Source: Pristiophorus japonicus (Eukaryota). From it: a stretch of DNA of 64,000 bases. Positions 24,511 to 38,640 of this stretch are shown one piece after another. A program made the position numbers and the translations under genes. The stretch is taken from the NCBI RefSeq assembly GCF_044704955.1, contig NC_091978.1:319796001-319860000 (forward strand). The letters are read 5' to 3'. Every line of letters starts with the position of its first letter. The first letter of the stretch is position 1. The notes beneath the pieces are model-generated. The model saw only the letters and a program-made list of their open reading frames with translations. It was not told where the DNA came from and did not search any database.

Positions 24511-26117
24511 CTGATGGTATTATTTCCCCTTTAATTTCCACTAAAGGTAATTCTAATAACAACTTGCTGTAACTGTATTATCATGATGGAAGACATTTAA
24601 ATTCAATGGGCTAATAGGCACAAGAATATCGTACAAAAATGTTAAGTGTAGCTAATATCAACAACGGTAATTTCGACACTAATATCTCAATAATAAAGAA
24701 CAATGTTTCTATCAGGATAGATACAGCAACGAGTATCTGAGTCTCCTGAAACAGTTTACCACGTGACATATATGGGAGTTTCCCTTCAGTGGGTTATGGG
24801 CAGTTTTATTTGAGTCAAGCCACGTGTTAACCCCATATTATTGATCCTGATCTGTGCCACACCTAATGCAGAAACTTTTGGTATAGAGGCCATACACAAA
24901 TGGTTTTGTTTCTAGCACTGTTAACCTTTGCTAATAATAAGTTCCTTCAGAAATACTCTCTTCAATGTTTCAAAAGCTTATATTGAATGCTTGGGTGCAA
25001 AAGGCTAACTTTGGAACGCAGGGTTAAATAAAGTGCAAAATTTTCAAGTACGTTTTACCTTATGAAAACATTGGCAGACTATGACGTTAGTACGTCTGAA
25101 TGGCTTTTTGCCATGCATTCCTTGCTTTCTTAGAAACAGTTGGTGCAGGAAGTGGCTTAATTAGTACATAAACATCTTCCTGCAGTGCAACTCCAATTAG
25201 CGTATGTTGGCTCTGCTTCAGCTATAAACATGAGACCAAGTTAGAAGCACATGTCAGATTTCTTCCAAACAGTTTATTAAACCTTCATGGCCCCTGGGAC
25301 AGTTGTGGAAACAGTTTCGCCCAAGAGACAGAAACCAATAACATTACAGTAAAATAGTCAGAGTAGACAAATGGCAGACTCATTTTATCAAGCCAAGCAA
25401 AGGACAAGGACATGAAAGTTTATATATTCTGTTATGGCCTGACCTACGTGTATGATTTTCTTAATGCAAAATTGCAGGTGGAACAAGTTTTAGTTGCTTT
25501 GGAGCTTGTTCAATTTACCTAGCATTTTTCACAAGATACTTTATAATTCAAACTTAAGGTAACACCACACTGTTTAGGAATTCAACAGCTAGCTTTTTAT
25601 TGAAATATTTTGCTGGGCAAAGATAAAGAAATACCACAATTGTACATTTTATTAAAGTTAATTCTCACCAATTAAAGGAAACCTAAAGCCAAGTGCCAAA
25701 ACCAATCCTTTCATTGCATTACTCACTTTTCCCATCACTGTACTGAAATCTTTTCTGTTTTTTATTCCTGTTGGCAGAGCACTCTATACTATTTGAGTTT
25801 GTTTGATTCTTATGAATTGTTTTCCCTGCCATGAATTATAAGTCTAGGGTTATCACTGAGCACAAGAATGTACTTTTGTAGTTCACACCCTTTATGCCAG
25901 AGGTCCTAAAATTACACAATGGAACACTAGTGTCTGAACACTTAATACATTAGTCTGAAATTCCTCTCTCCACTATTTTAGGACAGACATTAACCCATTT
26001 AAAATAAATGGCTTAAGCCTCGGCTGAAATAAGAAGCGTAAAATTTTAGATAAATGTGTTAAATATTTATATGCTCGTTTCACACTTTAATTTCGGGACC
26101 ATATTGTTTTAAATGGA

Positions 26118-26545
26118 AAGAAAGAATTTGCATTTCTATAGTATCTTTCACAACCTTAGGACATCCCAAAGTGCTTTACAGCCAATTAAGTACTTTTGAA
26201 GTGTCATCACTGTTGTAATGGAGGAAGCATGGCAGCCAATTTATGCATGGCAAGCTCACACAAACAGCAAGGTGATCATGATCAGATAATCCATTTTTTA
26301 GAGATGTTGGTTGCGGGATACATATTGGTCAAGGCGCCAAGGCTTCGAAATAGTGCCGTGGGATCTTTTATGTCCACTGGAGAGGGGGGGCCTCAGTTTA
26401 ACACCTCAGCACCACTGACAGTGCAGCATACCTCCGAGAGCACTGGAGTGTCAGCCTAGATTTTGTGCTCAAGTCTCTGGACTTGGTTTGGGACTTGAAC
26501 CCATAACCTTCTGACTCAGGCAAAATTGCTGCCACTGAGCCATGG
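26118..26545 (-). mobile_element. Deu-domain tRNA SINE (SacSINE1-like)
   Basis: Reverse complement of the 53958-54415 copy: tRNA-like head, Deu-like core, L2-like tail. Confidence 0.75.
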
Positions 26546-26639
26546 CTGATTGAAAGCCAAGGTAAAGGGCCAAGGCTCATTTGTAGGTTATCACAGTAGT
26601 TGAAAAGAGTAAGGGAGAAGACGAGGTAAACCAGGAAGT

Positions 26640-26960
26640 ACTGAATAGACAATGCAATGCTTGGGTTTTCAGAGTGTTCCGGAAACAAAGACTGAAGTTG
26701 TTAAATAATTCCTGAGAAAGAATGAGTCTTGATTTCAACACAGTGAAGAATGTAGGGAAGAGAATTAGCACACATTTATAGCCTTAGAGGAATAAAAGAG
26801 GAGAGTTCTTGTATCCTGGCCAAGATTGCAAGAGAAGTGTTATAAGAGCCTCCCCATATATTGGGCAAACTTCAGCTTTATACAAAGTTAAGTGTTGTTG
26901 AGGGGAAAAATAAGTTTTGGCACAAGAGAGGAAACCAAACTTCTCGAAGACAATTTTCTC
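26640..26960 (-). mobile_element. Very old LINE RT C-terminal remnant
   Basis: Reverse translation gives CAKTYFSPQQHLTLYKAEVCP..WGGS..SLAILARIQ, resembling the LYKAQVRP..WGG..LDRIQ motif of CR1/Jockey-group RTs. Confidence 0.4.
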
Positions 26961-28061
26961 AATCGAAGAGATGAAAATTTGAGATCAGAAAAGATTCTGC
27001 GCCTGCGAAAGTCAGTAGATGAACAAGGAACCATCAAACTGTGTATGGACATCTGATGAGTGTACAGGCTCGGGCTCAGCTTTATTGCGCTTTATGGTCG
27101 AATAGCCTGTTGATCCTTGCAGTCTCGGCTCATACCATCAGCTCTGACGATGGACAGTACTTGAATGATTAAGGAGGTTTTAATAATTCTTCATTATGCA
27201 TTCTTCATATGCTATCTGAGTGTACTTGCCTTGTTAGGTTCTACAGAACCTATGTACTGAACATGCACTTGAAAATGTGCAACAACCAATCCTATGGTCC
27301 CTTTACAGCAAATTAAGGGGGCAAGAACAAATGGGAATTGTTATATAGAGGGGGCAGGGACAAAAATTACAATTTTACATTCCCCATACTGAGTGTGCCT
27401 CAACTCTGCTGTGGTCTTGTGTACCACCTTCAGCAATGACTCCTGCAATGCATTCCTTTATCAAAGCAGATCAATGCCTCTACAGTCAGCTCAGCTTGTC
27501 TGCATCAACATCTTCCAAAGCAAAATGCAATTGTCCATTCACGATAGCTAACATTCACAATTATATAAAATTCTTGGCACCTGGACATAATATGAATTGA
27601 AATGCACTCTTAAGGAACTACCCACGTTCCCCACATTCTTCAGAACAACATAGATAATCACAATATATGCATTCAGGAGTTGATGAACGTATAATGAAAA
27701 TGACAAGTGATGCGGAACCATCGCACTGCATAGTACCGATTACTTGATGACCAATCAATGTTAGGGAATCGGGATTGGCTGATGCAGCAGTCGAGGGCTC
27801 TTTTACAATCTTCATCAGTGAGAGTTCACCAGCAAACAAATAGGAGCAAAATTATATTAGTGCTAATAAACAGCAAAATCTTGACAGCAAATTCCACAGG
27901 GTAAATTACACCCAATCCCTCCAAGGGATTAACACAAGCCTTTACTCAGCCGGGATTCTTTAACTTGGAGAATTCAGCAGCACCTGGAAAAGTATCACGG
28001 GATCAACCGGTGCTGTCTGATTCAAGTTACCCTTTGGACTATTCCCCTCCAAGTATAGTTT

Positions 28062-31000
28062 AAAAAAAAAGACTTGCATTTATATAGCGCCTTTCATGAC
28101 CACCGGATGCCCCGAAGCACTACAGCCAATGAAGTACTTTTGAAGTGTAGCCACTGTTGTGTTGTAATAGAAACATAGAAAATAGGTGCAGGAGTAGGCC
28201 ATTCGGCCCTTCGAGCCTGCATCGCCATTAATAAGATCATGGCTGATCATTCCTTCAGTACCCCTTTCCCGCCTTCTCTCCATACTCCTTATCCCCTTAC
28301 CCGTAAGGGCCATATCTAACTCCCTCTTGAATATATCCAATGAACTGGCATTAACAACTCTCTGCGGTAGGGAATTCCACAGGTTAACAACTCTCTGAGT
28401 GAAGAAGTTTCTCCTCATCTTAGTCCTAAATGGCCCACCCCATATCCTACGACTGTGTCCCCTGGTTCTGGACTTCCCCAACATCGGGAACATTCATCCC
28501 GCATCTAACTTGTCCAGTCCCGTCAGAATCTTCTATGTTTCTATGAGATCTCCTCTCATCCTTCTAAACTCCAATGAATAAAGACCCAGTTGATACAGTC
28601 TCTCCTCATATGACAGCCCAGCCATCCCTGGAATCAATCTGGTGAACCTTCGCTGCACTCCCTCAATAGCAACAACGGCCTTCCTCAGACTAGGAGACCA
28701 AAACTGAACACAATATTCCAGGTGAGGCTTCACTCAGGCCCTATACAACTGCATTAAGACCTCCCTGCTCCTATACTCAAATCCCCTAGCTATGAAGGCC
28801 AACATACACCATTTGCCTTCTTTACCATCTGCTGTACCTGCGTGCCCACTTTCAGTGACTGATGAACCATGACACCCAGGTCTCGTTGTACCTCCCCTTT
28901 TCCTAATAATATTCTGCCTTCGTGTTTTTGCCCCCAAAATGGATAACCTCACATTTATCCACATTATACTGCATCTGCCATGCATTTGCCCACTCACCTA
29001 ACCTGTCCAAGTCACCCTGCAGCCTCTTAGCGTCCTCCTCCCAGCTCACATCGCCACCCAGTTTAGTGTCATCTGCAAACTTGGAGATATTACACTCTAT
29101 TCTTTCATCTAAATCGTTAATGTATATTGTAAAGAGCTGGGGTCCCAGCACTGAGCACTGCGGCACTCCACTAGTCACTGTCTGCCATTCTGAAAAGGAC
29201 CCGTTTATCCCGACTCTCTGCTTTCTGTCTGCCAACCAGTTCTCTATCCATGCCAGTACATTACCCCCAATACCATGCGCTTTGATTTTGCACACCAATC
29301 TCTTGTGCGGGACCTTGTCAAAAGCCTTTTGAAAGTCCAAATACACCACATCCACTGGTTCTCCCTTGTCCACTCTGCTAGTTACATCCTCAAAAAATTC
29401 CAGAAGATTCGTCAAGCATGATTTCCCTTTCATAAATCCATGCAGACTTGGACCGATCCTGTCACTGCTTTCCAAAATGCGCTGCTATTTCATCCTTAAT
29501 GATTGATTCCAACATTTTCCCCACTACTGATGTCAGGCTAACCGGTCTATAATTACCCGTTTTCTCTCTCCCTCCTTTTTAAAAAAAGTGGTGTTACATT
29601 AGCTATCCTCCAGTCCATAGAAACTGATCCAGAGTCGATAGACTGTTGGAAAATGATCACCAATGCATCCACTATTTCTAGGGCCACTTCCTTAAATACT
29701 CTGGGATGCAGACTGTCAGGCCCCGGGGATTTATCGGCCTTCAATCCCATCAATTTCCCTAACACAATTTCCCGCCTAATAAGGATATCCTTCAGTTCCT
29801 CCTTCTCACTAGACTCATTGTCCCCTAGTACATTCGGAAGATTATTTGTATCTTCCTTCGTGAAGACAGAACCGAAGTATTGGTTCAATTGGTCTGCCAT
29901 TTCTTTGTTCCCCATTATAAATTCACCTGAATCAGACTGCAAAGGACCTACGTTTGTCTTTACTAATCTTTTTCTCTTCGCATATTTGTAGAAACTTTTG
30001 CAGTCAGTTTTTATGTTCCCTGCAAGCTTCCTCTCCTACTCTATTTTCCCCCTCCTAATTAAACCCTTAATCCTCCTCTGTTGAATTCTAAATTTCTCCC
30101 AGTCCTTCGTTTGCTGCTTTTTATAGCCAATTTATGTGCCTCTTCCTTGGCTTTAACACAATTTCCCTTGTTAGCCATGTTTGAGCCACCTTCCCAGTTT
30201 TATTTTTACTCCAGACAGGGATGTACAATTGCTGAAGTTCATCCATGTGATCTTTAAATGTTTGCCATTGCTTATCCACCGTCAACCCTTTAAGTATCCT
30301 TTGCCAGTCTATTCTAGCCAATTCACACCTCATACCGTCGAAGTTACCTTTCCTTAAGTTCAGGACCATAGTTTCCGAATTAACTTTGTCACTCTCCATC
30401 TTAATAAGGAATTCTACCATATTATGGTCACTCTTCCCCAAGGGGCCTCGCACAACAAGATTGCTAATTAGTCCCTTCTCATTACACATCACCCAGTCTA
30501 GGATGGCCTGCTCTCTAATTGGTTCCTCGATATATTGGTCCAGAAAACCATCCCTAATTTACTCCAGGAAATACTCCTCCACCGCATTGCTACCAGTTTG
30601 GTTAGCCCAATCAATATGTAGATTAAAGTCGCCCATGCTTACTGCTGTACCTGTATTGCACACATCCCTTATTTCTTGTTTGATGCTGTCCCCAACCTCA
30701 CTACTACTATTTGGTGGTCTGTACACAACTCCCACTAGCGTTTTCTGCCCTTTGGAATTCCGCAGCTCCACCCATACCGATTCCACATCATCCAGGCTAA
30801 TGTCCTTCCTTACAATTGCATTGTTTCCTCTTTAACCAGCAACGCCACCCCGCCTCCTTTTCCTTTCTGTCTATCCTTCCTAAATGCTGAATACCCTTGG
30901 ATGTTGAGTTCCCAGCCTTGGGCCCCCTGGAGCCATGTCTCCGTGATGCCAATCACATCGCATCCGTTAACTGCTATCTGCGCAGTTAATTCATCCACCT

Positions 31001-31910
31001 TATTCCGAGTACTCCTCGCATTGAGGCACAGAGCCTTCAGGCTTGTCTTTTTAACACACTTTGCCCCTTTAGAATTTTTCTGTAATGTGGCCCTGTTTGT
31101 TTTTTGCCCTGGGTTTCTCTGCCCACCACTTTTACTATTCCCCTTTCTATCTATTGCTTCTGACTACATTTTATTTCCCTCTGTCTCCCTGCATAGGTTC
31201 CCATCCCCCTGCCATATTAATTTAACTCCTACCCAACAGCAAACACTCCCCCTAGGACATTGGTTCTGGTCCTGCCCAGGTGCAGACCGTCCGGTTTGTA
31301 CTGGTCCCACCTCCCCCAGAACCGGTTCCCATGCCCCAGGAATTTGAATCCCTCCCTTCTGCACCACTCCTGAAGCCACGTATTCATCGGAGCTATCCTG
31401 CGATTCCTACTCTGACTAGCACGTGGCACTGGTAGCAATCTTGAGATTACTACTTCTGAGGTCCTACTTTTTAATTTAGCTCCTAGCTCCCTAAATTCGT
31501 CTCGTAGGACCTCATCCTGTTTTTAACCTATATTGTTGGTACCTATATGCATCACGACAACTGGCTGTTTACCCTTCCTTTTCAGAATGTCCTGCACCCG
31601 CTCCGAGACATCCTTGACCCTTGCACCAGGGAGGCAACATACCATCCTGGAGTCTCGGTTGCGGCCGCAGAAACGCCTATCTATTCCCCTTACAATTGAA
31701 TCCCCTATCACTATCGCTCTCCCACTTTTTTTTCTGCCCTCCTGTGCAGCAGAGCCACCCATGGTGCCATGAACTTGGCTGCTGCTGCCTTCCCTTGATG
31801 AGTCATCCTCCCCCAACAGTACCCAAAACGGTAGGAAACACAGCAGCGAATCAACGCACAGCAAGCTCCCACAAACAGGAACGTGATAATTACCAGATAA
31901 TTTGTTTTTG
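28062..31910 (-). mobile_element. Deu-SINE 3' part split by a CR1 insertion (pieces ~28062-28167 and ~31831-31910)
   Basis: SINE tail ..GAAGTGTAGCCACTGTTG stops at the CR1 tail and resumes as GTAGGAAACACAGCAGC..AGCAAGCTCCCACAAACAG. Confidence 0.7.
28168..31830 (-). mobile_element. Near-full-length CR1 LINE (ORF1 esterase + ORF2 endonuclease/RT, frameshifted)
   Basis: ORF1 GDSL/SGNH esterase motifs (VIGDSIVR, HIGTN, PDGLHL); endonuclease GITETWL, GDFN, SDHN; RT FADD; tail TAGAAACATAGAAA. Confidence 0.95.
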
Positions 31911-32012
31911 TTCAAAACAAAATGTAAGTATCCCGCTGAAGTAAATAAGAAAGCCTCCCAAACCACCGTCTAAAAAGGTATTGCAAAGCAGTTCTGCCAT
32001 TGTCCTCCCAGC

Positions 32013-32168
32013 CAATGTCCCTGTTAATTTTCTTTTGGGTACACGGCCCCTTTAAGGGACTGCACGGTCCATTCACAATACAGCGCATGCATGGTTTTTA
32101 CCATTGAACAGCCAGCTGCGCGGGAGGTCCAGAGCTCTGCGCAACCATGCAGCTTAAAGGGAACATTG
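32013..32168. mobile_element. hAT-type MITE (156 bp)
   Basis: TIRs CAATGTCCCT / AGGGAACATTG; 8-bp TSD CTCCCAGC / CACCCAGC. Confidence 0.75.
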
Positions 32169-32566
32169 CACCCAGCATTTCGCTGAGAGATGTATAACCC
32201 ATCTCTAACTGCAAAAGTATTCCATCCATCTGCACCATTTTCATTGGAAACCCCTCTCTTTCAAACATCAATGAACTCCCTTTGTAGAGGATACTTTGAG
32301 GAAACACCGGCAAATCTGGCACCCTTTCCTTGACAATATACTGCATAATTGCAGTGCATACTACATGACTGATTCAATTTCCTGAAAAAGACTTGACAGA
32401 ATCAATAAGATCCATACTCCCATCTATCACTGGGCACACTAGACCTCCACAGACAGAGGAGAACTCTAGAGCCCACCTTATAATGTTCCCATCTACCTAA
32501 TGATAATTAGAAAAAGGCTGTCTCGAGGGGCACACAGCTGAGTGAGAGGAGGAAGTGAGTGCAAAT

Positions 32567-32934
32567 TTAAAAAAAAAATCATTCCTGAGATGTGGGCATC
32601 GCTGGCAAGGCCAGTATTTAGTGCCCAGCCCTAATTGCCCTTGAGAAGTTAATGGTGAGCTGTCATTTCAGAGGGAAGTTAAGAGACAACCACATTATGG
32701 GTCTGGAGTCACATATTGGCCAGACCGGGTAAGGATGGCAGATTTTCTTCTCTAAAAGACATTAGTGAACCAGATGGGTTTTTACGACAATCCGGCAGTT
32801 TCATGGTCACCATTACTGACACTGGCTTTTCATTCCAGATTTATTTAATTAACTGAATTTAAAATCACCAGCACCATTAGTGTTGGGATTTGAACTCGCG
32901 TCTCTGGATAATTAGTCCAGACCTCTGGATTACT
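32567..32934 (-). mobile_element. tRNA-derived SINE, 3' part (5' end displaced to 39127-39167)
   Basis: B box GAGTTCAAATCC on the minus strand at ~32886-32897; LINE-like tail shared with the 23790 element; breaks at TCTGGATTACT. Confidence 0.75.
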
Positions 32935-33503
32935 CATCATCATAGGCAGTCCCTCGAAACGAGGATGACTTGCTTCCATGCCGAAAGGGGATGTTTCAGT
33001 GAAGGACCTAATATTCTGGATCCAGACCTACATCCTGAAGGGTGGAAGATGCCTGTGCATGGATTTTTTTAACATGTGGTGGCTGTTGCACCCCAGCCAC
33101 CACACGGACTTGACAGAGCTAGGTCTTGGTCCAGTGGCAAGGATTAACCAAGATGACTGGAGACCAGCTCTGCTGCATGGACCTAGTGCACACACATATC
33201 GCACCCAGTGTGGGCTGGCCCGTGCTGCCCCTGAGCCCTCACCTCTTCTGGGCCCCGATCTCATCCCTCTACGAACTCTTGCAGCTCCTTTGCCCCGACC
33301 TCGCCACTCCTGCTGTACCTGCCTGCACTGCAATCAGCCGTCGCCCTCTTGCAGCAGCACGTGCTGCTCCCTTCAGGGGTATGCCACCGCACGCTGCTCC
33401 CTCTAATGATCCAGGCCTGCTGATGGTCTTGCAGGCCGGGACCGCGCCAATTTCTGGGCCTGGCCACCGCATGCTGCTCCCTCTAATGGCCCGGTCTGCT
33501 GAT
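32935..33503 (-). mobile_element. Non-autonomous RTE-related element (RTE 3' tail plus non-coding body)
   Basis: Last ~45 nt match the RTE end at 2955-3003 (TGGAAGCAAGTC..CGAGGGACTGCCTATGATGATG); related copy at 56740-57215. Confidence 0.8.
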
Positions 33504-34544
33504 GACATCCCAGAGTGTGTGCAGCATAAACAGATCAAAGATCAAAGCTCAAATCACCAGGCTCCCAATACAGAAAAGACACACGTTTAATAACCTACAA
33601 CCCCCACCATTACAGTTAAACAGGGTCACAGATGCAGAGCCGTCAGTCAATTGCCATCACCGCGCTGAAAAGCCACCCTCCGCGATTCTCTCTCCAACTC
33701 CTCCCGCTGACTGCGGACTCACGTCTTTGGAGTATCAACGGGACATGGGACGCCACTCAGGCTGGGACGGAGGAGTTTGATGGGGATTCCCCTTTATCAG
33801 AAGTCTTCGCAGGATTGTAACCGCTCTCCTTCCCCGCTTTCTTTTTGTAGGTGACGACAGCCACAATGGCGAGAATGATGAGCAGCGCAGGACCAAGCAC
33901 AACACCAACAATAATAGGGACCTGAGAAACAGGCTTCGTCACATAAAACATGATGACTTTTTCCACCTCAAAGGAGAACCTGCCCTGGTCCTCGGGGTCA
34001 AACTCCGTTCATCTGTTGATCTGATAGGCGCTGTTACGGTTGAGGAAGATCCCACTGGGCAGGGTCTCGTCGAGGAACTTCCCGTCTCTCCGCAGTCACC
34101 TCGATGGCTTGAGGGTAAAACCCGGTGACGACGCAGGACAGGCGTTTAGCATTGCCCGGAAGGGTAAAGGACACGGCGGGGGCAACGGCTCTCAGTTCTC
34201 TCTCTCCAGCCATCAGGTATTTCTTCAACCACTCGATGCAGATCTGCTCCAGGTGAATCTTGTACTGCTGCTGGCCCAGGGCCGTATCCTGGTCCCAGTT
34301 GCGGTTGGTGCTCTCCCCCCAGTATAGCGGGATGACCCCTGCCAAGTGCGCCGTGTCCAAGCTGATGAAATCATTGCCGTCCCAGCAGTACTGATGGAAC
34401 CCGTCGGTGGTGCCGTCATCCCGCAGCTCACAGCCGTACATCGTCTGATAGGTGTGGATCACGGGGGTCTGGTTGGTCTGGGTTAGGAAGGTCTGACTAT
34501 AGATCTTCATTCTCTGCTGCTGGCCCTGCGCGGTCTGTGTGATC

Positions 34545-34775
34545 TGTCATGTATTCAACCAGCATTGTAACCCATGTATAATCTGACCTAAGTTGTACAC
34601 TGTGAGTACAATGACCACTAGGTGGGAGACACTCCTAACCTGGACCTTCAGGTACAAAAGGGGAAGCTCCACCCACCTTCATCACTTGAGTGCTAAGGAA
34701 TAAAGGATAGGTCACAGACTGACCTCTCAAGCATGGGCCTCATGTGCATTTATACTGTATAGTAAGGACCTATCA
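34545..34775 (+). repeat. 5' LTR (231 bp)
   Basis: TGTCATGTATTCAACC...GGACCTATCA, direct repeat of 38407-38640. Confidence 0.95.
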
Positions 34776-37700
34776 ATGGCGAAGAGAAACTGGGATATGA
34801 CCCATGCGAGCATGGCCACTAGCAGAACAGACGAGAGGTACTGTGTTAATGGAATGGTTGGGACAGAGATTCAACATTGTTAAAGCAGCACACAGTTCTC
34901 CAGGCAGACAAGGGCAATCGGGCATGCCCCAGCATGTAGTTGAACCCATAGGGGGAGTTCGACAGAGACAATGGCAAGTTGAACGGCGATTCACGCCATT
35001 GCAAGGGACAATGTGGCCAGTAATGGGGCCATCAACACCTGTTAATGGCGCATTCAAGGACAGTCACGGGGCAGTCAGGGACGATTGACTGGCAAGGGAC
35101 CTTTTGTTTCCAACAACAGCTCATGTTGGAGGCATGGAGGCACACATTCAGCCGGAGTTTGCAGAGATGAACAAAATACCTGCAGAAATTGCAGAAATGC
35201 ACGCTGGGGGAAATCGCTGGAAGCTGAAGTTCAGCGAGTTCATGTGGAGCACGTATACAGTTCATACACCAGGACGCCACCGATAATGATGAAAGTGCTT
35301 CTCAATGGCATCTCGGTATCAATGGAGCTAGACACGGGGGCCAGCCAGTCCCTGATGGGTATCAAACAGTTTGAAATGTTGTGGGCGTCCAAGGCCAGGA
35401 GGCCAAAATTATCGCCGATTGACGCACAGCTACGGACTTACACAAAGCAGATCATTCCGGTGCTAGGCAGCGCCACTGTAGTCGTGACCCACAAAGATTC
35501 GGAGAACAGGTTGCCACTCTGGATTGTCCCAGGGGACGGTCCCACACTACTGGGGAGGAGTTGGCTTGCTGTCATGAACTGGAAATGGGGCGATGTCAAT
35601 GCAATTTCCTCTGTGGAGTGAGTATCATGCTCACAGATCCTGGACAAATTTGACTCATTATTTCAACCCGGCATCAGCACTTTCATGGGGGCCAAGGTAG
35701 TGATTCACATAAACCCGGACGCAAGGCCAGAGCGGTGCCGTACGTGATGTTGGAAAAGATAGAATGCGAATTGGACCACCTGCTGAGGGAAGGCATCATC
35801 TCGCCAGTCGAATTCAGTGACTGGGCGAGCCCGATCGTGCCGGTGCTCAAGGCGGATGAGTTGGTCAGGATATGTGGTGATTACAAGGCCACCATCCAAT
35901 CGGGTGTCACTCCAAGACCAGTACCCGCTACCGAGAGCGGAGGACCTCTTTGCGACGCTATCCGGTGGCAAACTTTTTTCAAAATTGGACCTGACCTCAG
36001 CTTACATGACCCAGGAGCTGGCGAGTGAGTCGAAGAAGCTGACCACCATCACGACACACAAGGGGTTGTCTGAGTACAACAGATGTCCGTTCGGGATTCG
36101 CTCGGCCGCCGCGATCTTCCAATGAAATATGGAAAGCCTCCAAGTCGATTCCAGGGACTGTGGTTTTTCAGCACGACATCCTCATCACGGGTTATGATAC
36201 TGAAGAACACCTCCACAACCTGGAGGAGGTGCTACGCAGACTGGACCGGGTAGGGTTGCGACTGAAAAAGGCGAAGTGCGTCTTCCTAGCTCCAGAGGTA
36301 GAATTCCTGGGGATGAGGGTAGTAGCAGACGGGATCAGCCCTACTGCGTCCAAGACAGAAGCGATCCAGAGAGCACCCAGACCCCGTAACACGACGGAGC
36401 TGCGTTCGTTCCTGAGGCTCCTGAACTATTTTGGTAACTTTCTTCCTAAATTGAGCACGCTGCTAGAGCCGCTACACGTGCTCCTACGCAAAGGTCGCGA
36501 ATGGGTCTGGGGAACTAGGAAAGGGCTTTTAATAGAGCACGCAATTTGTTATATTCCAACACTCTGTTAACACTATACGACCCATGTAAGAAACTTGTGT
36601 TAACATGCGATGCGTCGTCTTATGGTGTCGGGTGTGTGTTGCAGCATGTCAATGTCAAGGGTCAGTTACAGCCGGTAGCTTATGCCTCCAGGAGTCTGTC
36701 CCAGGCAGAAAGGGGTTACGGGATGGTAGAAAAGGAGGCGCTCGCATGTGTATATGCTGTAAAGAAAATGCACCAGTACCTGTTTGGCAGGAAATTTGAG
36801 CTGGAGACAGATCACAAACCCCTAACGTCCCTTTTGGCCGACAACAAGGTCATAAATTCAAATGCATCGGCCCGCATACAGAGGTGGGCACTCACGTTAG
36901 CTGCCTATGACTATACAATTCGGCACAGACCGGGCACCGAAAACTGCGCCAATGCACTCAGCAGGCTCCCACTAGCCACCACTGAAGGGGCTACCGAGCA
37001 TGTTGCTGAGATGGTCATGGCTGTTGCAGCTTTCGGAAGCGAAGGCTCACCCATGACAGCCCATCAGATTAAAGTCTGGACAAATAGAGACCCGCTATTG
37101 TCTCTAGTCAAGAAATGTGTCCTGAATGGGGACTGGGCAGCCACGTACAGGCATGCCCTGAGGAATTTAAACCATTTCACAGGCGCAGGGATGAACTCTC
37201 GATTCAGGCCGATTGCCTACTGTGGGGAAACCGCGTAGTCATGTCCCAGATGGGCAGAGAGGTGTTCATCAGAGAACTCCACAATGAGCACCCGGGTATT
37301 GTCATGATGAAGGCAATTGCCAGGTCACACGTTTGGTGGCCAGGGATAGACGCAGATCTGGAACTTTGTGTTCACAGGTGCAACATGTGTGCCCAGCTGG
37401 GCAATGCGCCCAGGGAAGCCCCCCTTAGGCCCTGGCCATGGCCCGCCGAGCCTTGGTCACGCATCCATGTGGACTACGCAGGCCCTTTCATGGGGAAAAT
37501 GTTTTTGGTTGTAGTAGACGCCTACTCCAAATGGATCGAGTGTGACATTTTAAATTCAAGCACATCCTCTGCCACGGTAGAAAGTCTACGGGCAATGTTC
37601 ACCACCGACGGTCTACCAGACGTCTTGGTCAGCGACAATGGCCCGTGCTTCACAAGCACTGAATTCCAGAACTTCATGGCAGGCAATGGAATTAACCATG

Positions 37701-38406
37701 TCAGAACGGCACCGTTCAAGCCGGCCTCAAACGGCCAGGCAGAACGAGCAGTGCAGATAATCAAACAGGATGCTCAGAATCCAAGGGGGTTCCCTACAAA
37801 GACGCTTATCACGCCTCCTGTTGGCCTATGGATCCTGACCACACTCGCTCACAGGGGTTCCACCCGCAGAGCTGCTAATGAAAAGGATGCTCAAAACCAG
37901 GTTATCCCTTATATACCCCACCATGAAAGGAATTGTCGAGAGCAGGCGCCAGCCACAATATGACTACCATGACAGCGAGGGCGTGATGTATTGATGTAAA
38001 TGATTTTGTTTTTGTCCTCAACTACGCTGCAGGGCCCAAATGGCTCGCAGGCACTGTGATTGCCAAAGAGGGAAATAGGATTCTGGTAGTTAAACTTACC
38101 AATGGACAAATCTGCCGCAAACATGTGGATCAAACAAAAAGGAAGTTCAGCAACCCCATAGAAGAAGCAGAGGAAGAACACGACGTAGAGTTCACTCCAC
38201 TACAGGTGACCAAACACCGGAACCAAAGGGAGGAGAGCCCAATCACTGTGGGCAGTCCGGATAGGCCTGAGGCACCGCAAACAGTAGACACTCAGGCCAG
38301 AGCCCAACAACTGGAGCCCCAAGTCAGGCGCTCTACAAGGGAGCGTAAACCACCAGAGCGACTCAACCTGTGATCCCAATAAGACTTTGGGGGGGGGAGT
38401 TGGTGA

Positions 38407-38640
38407 TGTCATGTATTCAACCAACATTGTAAACCATGTAGAATCTGACCTAAGTTGTACACTGTGAGAACAATGACCACTAGGTGGGAGACACTCCTAA
38501 CCTGGACCTTCAGGTACAAAAGGGGAAGCTCCACGCACCTTCATCACTTGAGTGCTAAGGAATAAAGGGCAGGTCACAGACTGACCTTCTCTCAAGCATG
38601 GGCCTCGTGTGCATTTATACTGTATAGTAAGGACCTATCA
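38407..38640 (+). repeat. 3' LTR (234 bp)
   Basis: About 8 substitutions and one 3-bp indel versus the 5' LTR (manual comparison). Confidence 0.95.

Larger units (their letters stand above)
34545..38640 (+). mobile_element. Ty3/Gypsy LTR retrotransposon (Mag-like), degenerate, gag largely deleted
   Basis: TG..CA LTRs; TSD TGATC (34540-34544, 38641-38645); PBS TGGCGAAGAG; G-rich PPT before 38407; protease LDTGAS, RT, RNase H CDAS, integrase HHCC + VDYAGP/SDNG/NGQAE in Gypsy order. Confidence 0.97.
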
